From positions 10,974 through 74,973 of the forward strand of contig CAMQZC010000009.1 of assembly GCA_947039485.1 (NCBI GenBank): 64,000 nucleotides of DNA, written 5' to 3'. The notes under the pieces were generated by a model, which worked only from the letters and a program-made list of their open reading frames with translations, made no database searches and was not told the DNA's origin. Source of the stretch: an uncultured Verrucomicrobiales bacterium (lineage in GTDB: Bacteria > Verrucomicrobiota > Verrucomicrobiia > Verrucomicrobiales > Akkermansiaceae). The position numbers and the translations under genes are program-made. This document shows positions 27,501 through 36,090 of this stretch, one piece after another; the stretch's first letter is position 1, and every line of letters begins with the position of its first letter.

Positions 27501-27981
27501 GGCCTTTGGCTCGCTGGTTCATGGGCTCTTTGAGCAGGTGAGCTGGTTGGGTGAGCCTCTGCCAGAAGGGGCGGATGTCGATGAGCTCGCTCTCTCGACG
27601 ATTACACGCGCTTTGCGCAGTGCGGCTTGGGAGCCTTACTTCCGCCGCCCTGAGGCTGAGTTCACGCTCTACCGCGAGCAGAATATTGAGTGTATTATCA
27701 AGGGGCAGTGGGTCTCTGGGCAGATTGACCGCATGCTTGTGTGCTACGACCATGGCCGACAAGCAGGCGCGAGCTCTGCGCATATCATGGATTTCAAGAC
27801 TGATGCTAATCTGACTGAGGCTGCGGGCAAGGATCACTACCGCGCCCAGATGCGGGCCTACCGCTTGATGGTGGCGCAGGCTTTTGGGCTCAATCTCCAT
27901 GAGGTCACGGTGAGCCTGCTGCATTGCCCTGCTGAGGGTGAGCCTGCGGCATGGAGCTTTGCTGAGGATGAGTGGGCATGA
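24547..27981 (+). CDS. addA: AddA/RecB-type UvrD-family helicase with C-terminal nuclease
   Basis: Walker A ASAGSGKTYQL, motif II MLDEFQDTS, motif III VGDTKQSIYQFRGG, SYRS, IHQAKGLEFD, YVAITRAK. C-terminal PD-(D/E)XK motifs: GSLVHGLFE, GQIDRM, IMDFKTD, YRAQMRAY. Confidence 0.88.
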   Translation: MSSTNHMKSQANPFNMYIAASAGSGKTYQLVNRFIGLLCMQYLRDHKIEVKRLMAITFTRKAAAEFKSRILSSLAQASASPEAAAEFWDERVDVTLRQFAANYQRPNHPQAIFLSILRDVMAQFGQLQLSTIDSLLERMLRGLEPELGISNIRIMDPIEETMYRRKTLNASYLKNQSLEDMSNLADSFSDSQKSDGAMSSPDRALMELIKDHHKNYIKSPDALWGGRSAEMSDAQLAEFGLSRADVTSCLSEDAHREMIERLRGLLAHEQEFFPAPTEVKEQKNCYTVGNHPMEINMSKVNQKSYRKYFTTFAHSLCQLNDDLMLPKKNKFYVNPSLAAMESEYYPAYWDICRQNDVNLNALSQSHDGWRWQQVLMRTQSIAHIIESFERTYEQEVRQSGTMGFDDIANLIQNRVEEFSLAKLQERIDLNIEHWMLDEFQDTSHQQYAILLNLLHSRSQLGDDGSVFMVGDTKQSIYQFRGGDPEIFIKARDFLVDESDQLGEESSQCMSLNKSYRSAPEVLELSNMLFGADCFAKLASLSLPASREQWAKFNYKEHLSNRPDLRGCAEIWQMLPGGKNFALPEYGSDDILLHGIAAKLAQLRPKDSVNPPSCAILVRSNNNGKKTQERLLELQDIYGFEGPIMLNAKKQVGMDSLLGVALIEFFCWLNTPGDKHSLKLLQLSPLWQRIEELGGLNSWASLRELWTNKGCYALLLLLFDGAEFLLVTNDFLHQRKKIWLEEASRFDAVGGNLSEWITHMRELVKNEQSQGNEISIMTIHQAKGLEFDFVFFPVFSPCKAFTDLTTAKLLTRRDAEGQDLSVILRPSKALHERYPNFEKCMLEPRFVNEELGGYCQLYVAITRAKMASYIMLPPPSKDPKEESFATLLHKLSEQLPAPSDKDELHHHDGETLLAQCTLRLGDTEWYLQRREPREAEEPAAMLEPVLDYRFRSLPRSTPSGLDRDRQQDDAAPLMPRLYPLSEGKGAAFGSLVHGLFEQVSWLGEPLPEGADVDELALSTITRALRSAAWEPYFRRPEAEFTLYREQNIECIIKGQWVSGQIDRMLVCYDHGRQAGASSAHIMDFKTDANLTEAAGKDHYRAQMRAYRLMVAQAFGLNLHEVTVSLLHCPAEGEPAAWSFAEDEWA

Positions 27982-28099
27982 TGCCTACTCCGTAACCGAG
28001 ATTAACGCTGAGGGCGAGCTACTTTTAGCTCGTCCTCATCTCGTGATGGGCTTGGGGGGATTTTTCCCTCAGTGCAAATGGTGAGCGCGCTTCTTTTAT

Positions 28100-29761
28100 T
28101 TAGAGCAGCAGGCCTTGGGCATGTGCTCTTGCGGCATCGCCATTGGCACCTAGCATGCGCACGAGCTCAGAGACGCGTGCGTCACCCTGCACCTCCACGA
28201 GGCGTGAGAGACTGCGTCCGTCCTCAACCTGCTTTGAGATGAGGTAATGATGCTCTGCGAGTGCGGCAACTTGGGGAAAGTGGGTAATGGCGATGACTTG
28301 ATGATGCTCACCAAGCTCACGCATCTTCATCCCCACAGCGCGAGCTATCTCGCCGCCAACATTGGCATCAATCTCGTCAAAGACGAGTAAGGGGGTGTCG
28401 TCTTGCTTTGCCAGCGCAGACTTGAGCGCGAGCATGACGCGTGCCAGCTCACCGCTCGATGCAATCATGCGCAATGGCTTGAGGGGCTCCCCGGGGTTGG
28501 GTCCAAAGAGGAACTCCACTTCCTCCGCGCCCATGGGGCCCGGCTCTGCCAAGGCGTGCCATTCTAACGAGAAATGGGATTGCAAGAAGCCGAGTTGTCG
28601 GGCGTGCTCCAAGAAGGCGGCTTCAAGGAGGGGTGAGATTTCTCTACGTCCTGCGCTGAGTTCATCTGCGATTGTTTTCAGCTCGCTATAGTGCGCTGCT
28701 TCTTCCTCTGCGAGTTGCTCTAGGCGTGCTTCGCGGTTGTCGATGGCGTCGAGTTTGAGGCGGCAGTCTGTGAGGTGTTGTTCAATAGCGGCAAAGTCGG
28801 CACCGTACTTGCGCTTGAGGCTGTCGAGGCTGGCTACGCGCTCCTCAAGCTGAGCCATGGCAGCTTGGTCATAGTTCATGCTTGAGAGGTAGTCCTCTAT
28901 CTGGCTGCTGAGTTCTTCGAGCTCGGAGACGGCGCCGTTGAGGGGCTCCATCCATGGGGCTGTGCTCTCATCGAGGCGCTGCAGTTCTTGGGAGCTGCGC
29001 ACGAGATGGCGCAGTTGGGAGAGGATGGATTCACCATCGTTCATGCCCTCTCCATCGAGCATTTGCAGCATGGGGGAGGCGCTTTCACGCAGGCGAGTTG
29101 CATTGCGTGCTCGCTGCCACTGCGTCTCAAGTCCCTCAACTTCATCCGCGCTAAAGCCTGCGGATTCTATCTCCTCCACCTGATGGCGTAGGAAGTCGAG
29201 CTCGCGGGCGTTGGCCATCTCTGAGGCTTGCAGGCTCGCATAGGCATGCTTCGCATCAAGCCATGTGCGGTAGGCTCCGTGATAGCTCTGGCGCAGGCTC
29301 TCGTTCTCAGCGTAGGAGTCGAGCAGGTCAAGTTGACGCTCGGGGGATGAGAGTGATCGATGCGCATCGGGATGGTGCATGTCAACGAGACCTGCACCTA
29401 CTTGGCGCAAGAGCTGCTGGGTGACAGGCGTGTTGTTGATGAATTGGCGATTGGATGTCGCGGTGAGCTGACGGCGGATGATGAGCTCGCCCTCCTCGCA
29501 GATGGGGACGCCTGCGGCCTCTAGCTGCGCATTGATGTTATCGAGCTTGGGCAGGCGAAAGACGGCTTCGAGCGTGCATTGGTTCTCACCGCTGCGAATC
29601 ATGCCCTTGTCCGCGCGCTCACCGAGCACAAGCTCAATTGCTCCCATGATGACGGACTTACCAGCCCCGGTCTCGCCTGTGATGCCGAGAAATCCAGCCT
29701 GAGGCTGCCAGTAGAGCTCGTCGACGAGAGCGAGGTTGCGAATCTTAAGTAGGGAGAGCAT
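28100..29761 (-). CDS. recN: DNA repair protein RecN
   Basis: MLSLLKIRNLALVDEL...GITGETGAGKSVIMGAIELVLGERAD (SMC-like Walker A head), long coiled coil, C-terminal ASSGELARVMLALK and LLVFDEIDANVGG. Confidence 0.92.
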   Translation of the reverse strand: MLSLLKIRNLALVDELYWQPQAGFLGITGETGAGKSVIMGAIELVLGERADKGMIRSGENQCTLEAVFRLPKLDNINAQLEAAGVPICEEGELIIRRQLTATSNRQFINNTPVTQQLLRQVGAGLVDMHHPDAHRSLSSPERQLDLLDSYAENESLRQSYHGAYRTWLDAKHAYASLQASEMANARELDFLRHQVEEIESAGFSADEVEGLETQWQRARNATRLRESASPMLQMLDGEGMNDGESILSQLRHLVRSSQELQRLDESTAPWMEPLNGAVSELEELSSQIEDYLSSMNYDQAAMAQLEERVASLDSLKRKYGADFAAIEQHLTDCRLKLDAIDNREARLEQLAEEEAAHYSELKTIADELSAGRREISPLLEAAFLEHARQLGFLQSHFSLEWHALAEPGPMGAEEVEFLFGPNPGEPLKPLRMIASSGELARVMLALKSALAKQDDTPLLVFDEIDANVGGEIARAVGMKMRELGEHHQVIAITHFPQVAALAEHHYLISKQVEDGRSLSRLVEVQGDARVSELVRMLGANGDAARAHAQGLLL

Positions 29762-29827
29762 AATGGCTTTGCGTTACGGATGGAATTATGGCATACTTTG
29801 CCGCAGTAATCAAAAAGAAAACAGAGC

Positions 29828-30604
29828 ATGAAGATACTTTTTCTAGGCACAGGCACCTCCACAGGAGTCCCCGTTATTGGCTGTGACTGCGAGACCTGCA
29901 GATCAGAGCACCCGCGCAATAAGCGTTTGCGCTCCTCTGTGCTCGTGCAGACGCAGGACACAATAATCCTTGTTGACTCCTGCACTGACCTGCGCCAGCA
30001 GGCACTGCGCCATGAGCTTAGCTCCATTGATGCGGTGCTCTACACCCATCCTCACCTTGATCATGTCGCTGGCTTTGATGAGCTGCGCGCCTTTTGCTGG
30101 CACCGCCGCGATGGTCTTCCTCTCTATGCTGGGCCTGAGTGCATGGAGAATCTCAAGCGCATGTACGGCTGGGCATTTGCCAGCAGCAACACCTATCAGG
30201 GCTATATCCGCCCCGAGCCGCATACCCATGACGGCAGCACGCCCTTCATGATTGGCGATATTGAGATCACGCCCGTGCTCATCGAGCACGCCAGCGTGCA
30301 GACACATGGCTATGTCTTCCGCCACGAGGGCAAGAGCTTTGGCTACGCTCCTGATGTGAAGAATATCCCCAAGGACTCAATGCCCCTGCTCGCCAACTTA
30401 GACGCCTTTGCCATGGATGGTCTGGGCGCAGATAGCCACCCCTCCCACCTCTCGGTGGCGGAGAATGTCGAGCTGATGCGCCAGCTGCGCCCCAAGCAGG
30501 GCTTGATTACCCACAGCGGTCACCGCGTGGAGTATGTGGCCTGCTCGGAGATACTCCCAGACTTCATGAGCATCGCCTATGATGGCATGCTACTTGAGCT
30601 CTGA
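29828..30604 (+). CDS. MBL-fold metallo-hydrolase (PhnP/GPMB-like)
   Basis: MKILFLGTGTSTGVPVIGCDCETC, then the metallo-beta-lactamase motif THPHLDHVAG. Confidence 0.8.
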   Translation: MKILFLGTGTSTGVPVIGCDCETCRSEHPRNKRLRSSVLVQTQDTIILVDSCTDLRQQALRHELSSIDAVLYTHPHLDHVAGFDELRAFCWHRRDGLPLYAGPECMENLKRMYGWAFASSNTYQGYIRPEPHTHDGSTPFMIGDIEITPVLIEHASVQTHGYVFRHEGKSFGYAPDVKNIPKDSMPLLANLDAFAMDGLGADSHPSHLSVAENVELMRQLRPKQGLITHSGHRVEYVACSEILPDFMSIAYDGMLLEL

Positions 30605-30665
30605 GCCGAGCTGTCAAATATTTAACTTGCTACTTATCATCGATACTGCTATATAAGTATCTTCT

Positions 30666-31247
30666 ATGACATCAAGCAACACAGATATCAAGGCGTACCC
30701 CAGTGTGCAAGAAATTGCCTCAACCTGCCCTGCCCACCTCCAATTCTCTGATTTTGAGGAGGCATTTGCTCTAAAAGGCATGGGACGATACCGTTTCTTT
30801 GACCAGCATAGCATCAATTTTGATGAGGCTTCTGCTATCATGCGTTTCTATGGCAAGACGCAGGAGGATGCCGATGAAATGTTCAAGGAGTGTAGCTATT
30901 TTGATATCTCAGAGGACATACACAACTTGGCAGAGCCAGCATTCCGCTACTACCTGCCACCGATCATGCGCTCATTCAAAAAGCCTCATGAGCATATCGC
31001 GGAGGTGTATGAGAATGTGGAGGAGCTTTCTTGGTTTATTAGGCATTTTGATAAGAGCCCCAGCATGGAGTTCCTTGAGCTCATCAACTGGGGTATTGAA
31101 CAGCTCAATGCCCTGAGTGCTTGGCGTACTAAGATTAAGGCACTGAAGAATGCGGGGGATGAATCCACCAAATTCTACAGCTATAACACGGATGAAGAAA
31201 TCCGCCAGCTGCGCAAGAATCTCGTCTCGTTGCGTGATCTCTATTAA
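30666..31247 (+). CDS. Hypothetical protein (193 aa)
   Basis: Clean ORF with coding-like composition. No recognisable motif. Confidence 0.5.
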   Translation: MTSSNTDIKAYPSVQEIASTCPAHLQFSDFEEAFALKGMGRYRFFDQHSINFDEASAIMRFYGKTQEDADEMFKECSYFDISEDIHNLAEPAFRYYLPPIMRSFKKPHEHIAEVYENVEELSWFIRHFDKSPSMEFLELINWGIEQLNALSAWRTKIKALKNAGDESTKFYSYNTDEEIRQLRKNLVSLRDLY

Positions 31248-31306
31248 TCCTTCAAATTGGCATTCGGCAGCCTCTTTTCACAAAAGATAACACGAGCTTA
31301 CAGCAC

Positions 31307-32221
31307 ATGACATCCGCTCAAGACACAGGCAGTGCGGCTGTCAAAAAATACCCCTTCAGCAAGCTTTTCCTCTTTGCCTTGGCTCCCTACAGCCTCGTCT
31401 ATTTGCTTATTTTAGCCATCATCCTCATTGCCGAGGGCAGTGCTAGTCTGCTCAAGAGTGCTCTAAGCATGCCCCTTATCATGGGGCTTTCTCTCCTCGG
31501 CTCTCTCTGCCTCATCGCCTTTATCCAAGCGGCAGGCGCCTCCTTCATCCTCAATCGCTGGGGACTGAGCAAGAAGTCTAAAACCGCGCTTGTTCTTTGG
31601 GGTACCTACTGGATCAACATCTTCTTTGTACCGCTAGTGATTTATCGCGGTCTGGTGAATGGGTCGTGGGAAATGCTCCTGCTTATCCCGCTGCTTGGCC
31701 CTGTTTTCTTCCTCATTCCCAGCCTCGTGCTACTGCCCTGCTACAGGAGCATGAGCGAGAGCGGCCAGACATTGGGCTCTCATCTCCTGCGATTGAGCCA
31801 ATGCAAGATAGCTGTGCTCATCAGCCTCTGTGCTTGCGCTTTCTTATGGATGCTCTCCCCTAGTGCGGAGGAGCGCAATCTTAGCAAGCTGCTTCAAAGC
31901 GAGCCTCAGCTCGACTATAAGCTCATCGAGCTCATCAAGAAAGATAGCATGTGGGAGAGTGGCGGCTACGGCATGATTGTCCACTGCAACAAGGCGGACT
32001 TTGAGGCATTCAAGAAGAATAGCCCACATTTCCGCCATTGGAGCAAGCTGAACGATGGCTTTACCATCAACCTCAACGATGAGAACAAGTGGTGCGCAGG
32101 CCAGAACGTCGAGGGAATCATCTCCCAAGCCGAGGGGGGCAAGACTGATCTAGCTAGCTTCTGTCTCTGGGATGAGAAGAAGCAGCGGCTCTACATCGCC
32201 TTTGCCGAGGCTGCCCCTTGA
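31307..32221 (+). CDS. Hypothetical polytopic membrane protein with C-terminal soluble domain
   Basis: About 5-6 hydrophobic helices in aa 20-190, then a soluble tail (WESGGYGMIVHCNKADFEAF...). No recognised family. Confidence 0.55.
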   Translation: MTSAQDTGSAAVKKYPFSKLFLFALAPYSLVYLLILAIILIAEGSASLLKSALSMPLIMGLSLLGSLCLIAFIQAAGASFILNRWGLSKKSKTALVLWGTYWINIFFVPLVIYRGLVNGSWEMLLLIPLLGPVFFLIPSLVLLPCYRSMSESGQTLGSHLLRLSQCKIAVLISLCACAFLWMLSPSAEERNLSKLLQSEPQLDYKLIELIKKDSMWESGGYGMIVHCNKADFEAFKKNSPHFRHWSKLNDGFTINLNDENKWCAGQNVEGIISQAEGGKTDLASFCLWDEKKQRLYIAFAEAAP

Positions 32222-32224
32222 TAC

Positions 32225-32710
32225 TTAATCCACTCGCAGCAGCATGTCCATCGCAGCGGCTATCGCGAGATCGCGTACGCGCTTGCGCTCGATGCCGGGG
32301 TAGTGCTGTGTTTGTGTCTTTCCCTGCTCGCCTTTGATGGCGAGTGCCATGCAGACGGTGCCAACCTCGGCATCGCCTGCCTCAGCGCTAGGCCCTGCAT
32401 TACCAGATACGGCGATGGCGTAGTCAGCGCCTGAGCGCGACAGCGCGCCCTCTGCCATGGCGGCAACGACGATTTCTGAGACGACGCCAAAGTTTGCAAT
32501 GAGCATCATGGGCACGCCAAGCTGGCTCTCCTTGGCCTCGGGGCAGTAAGTCACCCAGCCGTAGCGAAATGCTGCGGATGAGCCCTCAACGGATGTCAGA
32601 GCGGAGGCGATGAGTCCGCCTGTGCAGCTCTCAGCTAGGGCAATTGTCTTGCCCTGCGCGATGAGCCTTTCCACAATCATGTGGGCGCGGATGAGTAAAT
32701 CGGGATGCAT
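32225..32710 (-). CDS. pncC: CinA C-terminal domain / nicotinamide-nucleotide amidohydrolase PncC
   Basis: 161 aa. LAESCTGGLIASALTSVEGSSAAFRYGWVTY and AIAVSGNAGP are the CinA_C signature blocks. Confidence 0.85.
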   Translation of the reverse strand: MHPDLLIRAHMIVERLIAQGKTIALAESCTGGLIASALTSVEGSSAAFRYGWVTYCPEAKESQLGVPMMLIANFGVVSEIVVAAMAEGALSRSGADYAIAVSGNAGPSAEAGDAEVGTVCMALAIKGEQGKTQTQHYPGIERKRVRDLAIAAAMDMLLRVD

Positions 32711-32713
32711 GTC

Positions 32714-33199
32714 TTATTGGGGGATTTGGATGGATACGGTGGCAAAGGCAGCAATGCCTTCGCTGCGCCCGAGGGCGCCTAGTTTTTCGTTGGTGGTGGC
32801 TTTCACACCAACACGCTTGGGGAGGACTTCGAGGATGGCAGCGAGCTTTTCCTTCATCTCAGCGACAAAGGGCATGATGCGCGGAGCCTCTGCGATGAGG
32901 GCACAGTCAGCGTTGTTGATATGACCGCCCTGCTCCTTGAGCAGGTCCATCGCTTTTTGCACGATGAGCAGCGAGTTGATGTTGGCGCAGCTGGCCTCAC
33001 CGGGGGGGAACCAGTAGCCAATGTCTGGCTCACCGAGTGCGCCAAGGATGGCATCAGCCAGCGCGTGGCAGAGCACATCAGCATCACTATGACCATCAAG
33101 TCCATTTGAGGGGTGCACCTCAACACCGCCCAGCATGAGTGGGCGTGGATGGGTGGCAAATCTGTGTATATCGTATCCGAGTCCGACGAGTGTTATCAT
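32714..33199 (-). CDS. ispF: 2-C-methyl-D-erythritol 2,4-cyclodiphosphate synthase
   Basis: From M59 of the track ORF: MITLVGLGYDIHRF...GLDGHSDADVLCHALADAILGALGEPDIG..F...ATTNEKLGALGRSEGIAA. The 58 upstream codons overlap the polA 3' end and were rejected. Confidence 0.92.
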   Translation of the reverse strand: MITLVGLGYDIHRFATHPRPLMLGGVEVHPSNGLDGHSDADVLCHALADAILGALGEPDIGYWFPPGEASCANINSLLIVQKAMDLLKEQGGHINNADCALIAEAPRIMPFVAEMKEKLAAILEVLPKRVGVKATTNEKLGALGRSEGIAAFATVSIQIPQ

Positions 33200-33224
33200 G
33201 ATATTGTTTTTTCTGTAATTGTTT

Positions 33225-35975
33225 TTAATGGGCGTCCAGCCAGTTGGCTGCATCGCGTGCCTCGACCTCGAGTGGGACGCCGTGGGGCAGTGGCATAGCA
33301 TCACGCATCGCGGTGACGATGAGGGGCATGAGCTCATCTCGCTCATCCTTATGCAGGTCAAAGAGCAGTTCATCGTGTACCTGCATGATGAGGCGAGTCT
33401 TGCGACCTCGCAGCAGCTCCTGCACGCGCAGCATGGCGAGCTTGATCATATCCGCGGCAGAGCCTTGGATGGGGGTATTGATGGCGGTACGCTCGGCGGC
33501 GGCGCGGAGGTTGAAGTTCGCGCTGTTGAGGTCGGGCAACATGCGGCGACGACCACAGAGGGTCTCGCTGTAGCCCATGCTACGCGCCTCATCAATGAGG
33601 CTGTCCATGTAGCGCTTTACCCCAGGGAACTGAGCAAAATAGTTCTCAATGAGCTCCGCAGCGTAGTAGCGCGCGCAGTCCAGTCGCTGGCTGAGGCCAA
33701 AGGCGGAGATGCCGTAGATGATGCCAAAGTTAACGGTCTTGGACTGACGACGCATATCCGATGTAACCTCGTCTGGCTCGCAGCTAAAGAGGCGTGCGGC
33801 TGTCTCGGTGTGAATATCACGACCATCGCGGAAGGCGGCAATCATGGCTGGGTCCTCAGAGAGAGCGGCCATGAGGCGGAGCTCGACTTGGGAGTAATCA
33901 GCAGAGAGGATGGTATAGTCCTCGCTGCGTGGTACAAAGGCGCGGCGGATGAGCCTGCCTGCCTCTGAGCGCACAGGGATGTTTTGCAGGTTAGGATTCT
34001 GCGAGGCAAGTCGTCCCGTGGCGGTGACCATCTGCATGAGGCTGGAGTGGATACGCGCATCCTTTGCGGAGATAAAGCGTGGCAGTGCATCAAGGTAGGT
34101 ACCCTTGAGCTTGCTCATCTCGCGGTATTCCAAGATTTCGCCCACGAGGGGGGAGGTTGCGACGAGTTTGCGCAGGGTCTCCTCATCGGTGACGAACTGA
34201 CCTGTGCGTGTTTTCTTGGGCTTCTCCACAAGTTTCATCTCGCCAAAGAGTAGCTCTCCGAGTTGCTTCGGTGAGTTGAGGTTGATGGGGCGTCCTACTT
34301 GTGCGTCAATGCGGGTTCGCAGGCTCTCGATGGCTATTTCCATCTCATCAGAGCTGGTCTTGAGCATGCTGGGATCCACACGCATGCCCTCCGCCTCGAT
34401 GTCAGCGAGTACGGAGATGAGGGGAAACTCAATGGTCCGCATGAGCTTCATAGCCTCGCCCTTGATGAGCTGCTTGCGCAGGAGATTAGCGAGCTGGAGG
34501 CTGATATCAGCATCCTCACAGGCGTAACGGCTCATCTCTGCGACGGGGACAGCAGCGGTGTCCATGGCCTTGCCCTTGCCTGCGATATCCTCAAGGTGGA
34601 TGGTCTGGTAGCAGAGTAGTGTCTCGGCCATATCATCCATGCCATGGCGCAGGTTGGGATAGAGGGCTGCATGTGCGAGCATGCAGTCAAAGAAGGGGCC
34701 AGCAACATCCAGACCTGCCTCACGCATGACTTGGAGGTCAAACTTGAGGTTCACGCCAATCTTCTCAGCAGCGGTGGCAAAGGGGGCGCGGAAGGGCTCA
34801 ATGCAAGAGGCATCAGTGACGGGTACGTAGTAGGCCGCACCCTCCTTGATGGCGAAGGACATGCCCAGCATACGATCCTGCTGGGGGTCAAGTCCTGTTG
34901 TCTCGGTGTCAAAGGCCCAGCTCTTGGCCGAGAGCAGCGCAGCGGCGAGCGCTTCGCGTGCCTCAGGGCTATCAACAAGTCTGTAATCATGCTTGCGGCT
35001 GTCGATGTTGATGAGCTCAGGCATGTCAAAGAGATTCATCTGTCCGCTCTCATCCATGGAGGGAGGGGTTGGCTTCATCGCTGCAGCAAGTTCTAACTCG
35101 ACCACGCCGAGGCGCTTGATGAGGCCCTTGAAATCAAAGTTCTTGAGCAGCTCATGAAAGCGACTCACATCATAACCCGACCAAGCGCAGTCATCAATAT
35201 TGATATCAATTGGCACGTCACGCTTGATGGTCGCAAGGGAATAAGAGATTCTAGCGGACTCGGCATTAGCCTCGACCTTCTCGCGCAGCTTGCCCTTAAT
35301 CTCGCTGCTGCGTGCAAGTATTTGATCAACGCTGCCAAACTGACTAACGAGCTTGCGCGCGGTGACAGCTCCAACACCCGGTACCCCGGGGATGTTGTCA
35401 GATGCGTCACCCATCAGCGCGAGGATGTCGATGATTTGCATTGGGGTCTCAATGCCCCACTCCTCAAGGAATTCTTTCTCACCAATGATTTCATCCTCCT
35501 TACCTTTGCCCTTGCTGGGCTTCCAGAAGGAGCAGAGGGGGGAGAGCAGCTGGCCGAGATCCTTGTCCTGCGAGACCATGAAGCTGCGTATGCCTGCCTC
35601 ATCAGACATACGGGTAAAAGTGCCTATGAGGTCATCTGCCTCAAAGCCCTTGATACGCACGACGGGGATTTTCATCGCATCGAGCAGCTCGATGATGTAG
35701 GGGATGGATTCGCGCAGCTCCTGAGGCATTGCTTGGCGATTTGCCTTGTAGAGCTCATACTGCTCATGGCGAAATGTTGGGCCCGATGGGTCGAGACAGG
35801 CGACGATATGTGTAGGTTTCTCCTTATCGATCAGCGACATGAGGGTATTGGTAAAACCAAACATAGCTGAAGTATTGAGCCCATCTGCGCGTCGCATAGG
35901 GTTAGTGATAAAGGCGTAAAAGGCGCGATACATCAGCGCCATGCCATCGAGGATAAAGAGGGATTTCTCAGCCAT
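33225..35975 (-). CDS. polA: DNA polymerase I
   Basis: 5' nuclease LFILDGMALMYRAFYA. 3'-5' exo-like region FDTETTGLD. Pol motif A ILSADYSQVELRLMA, motif B RRQSKTVNFGIIYG, motif C LIMQVHDELLF. Start taken at MAEKSLF (35975). Confidence 0.95.
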   Translation of the reverse strand: MAEKSLFILDGMALMYRAFYAFITNPMRRADGLNTSAMFGFTNTLMSLIDKEKPTHIVACLDPSGPTFRHEQYELYKANRQAMPQELRESIPYIIELLDAMKIPVVRIKGFEADDLIGTFTRMSDEAGIRSFMVSQDKDLGQLLSPLCSFWKPSKGKGKEDEIIGEKEFLEEWGIETPMQIIDILALMGDASDNIPGVPGVGAVTARKLVSQFGSVDQILARSSEIKGKLREKVEANAESARISYSLATIKRDVPIDINIDDCAWSGYDVSRFHELLKNFDFKGLIKRLGVVELELAAAMKPTPPSMDESGQMNLFDMPELINIDSRKHDYRLVDSPEAREALAAALLSAKSWAFDTETTGLDPQQDRMLGMSFAIKEGAAYYVPVTDASCIEPFRAPFATAAEKIGVNLKFDLQVMREAGLDVAGPFFDCMLAHAALYPNLRHGMDDMAETLLCYQTIHLEDIAGKGKAMDTAAVPVAEMSRYACEDADISLQLANLLRKQLIKGEAMKLMRTIEFPLISVLADIEAEGMRVDPSMLKTSSDEMEIAIESLRTRIDAQVGRPINLNSPKQLGELLFGEMKLVEKPKKTRTGQFVTDEETLRKLVATSPLVGEILEYREMSKLKGTYLDALPRFISAKDARIHSSLMQMVTATGRLASQNPNLQNIPVRSEAGRLIRRAFVPRSEDYTILSADYSQVELRLMAALSEDPAMIAAFRDGRDIHTETAARLFSCEPDEVTSDMRRQSKTVNFGIIYGISAFGLSQRLDCARYYAAELIENYFAQFPGVKRYMDSLIDEARSMGYSETLCGRRRMLPDLNSANFNLRAAAERTAINTPIQGSAADMIKLAMLRVQELLRGRKTRLIMQVHDELLFDLHKDERDELMPLIVTAMRDAMPLPHGVPLEVEARDAANWLDAH

Positions 35976-36090
35976 GTTACGAGATGATATCAATAGCCTT
36001 GGCAAGAGGCAAGAATATTTGCGATTCAGGGCTGCCATGCACGGCATTTGGGCTTGTAAATTTGGCTCATTAGGTTAAAATAGTTGCGTT

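Noticed and set aside
32714-33373. Long N-terminal extension of ispF (track ORF of 219 aa), and the 24-codon extension of polA to 36047.
   Set aside because: The extensions overlap the neighbouring gene or carry no conserved sequence. Canonical protein starts (MITLVGLGYDIH for IspF, MAEKSLFILDG for PolA) lie at internal ATGs in the same frame.
33219-35870. Plus-strand ORFs 33219..33968 (249 aa), 34644..35096 and 35154..35870 (238 aa), opposite polA.
   Set aside because: polA on the minus strand has all its polymerase and exonuclease motifs. The plus-strand ORFs are typical GC-rich antisense open frames.
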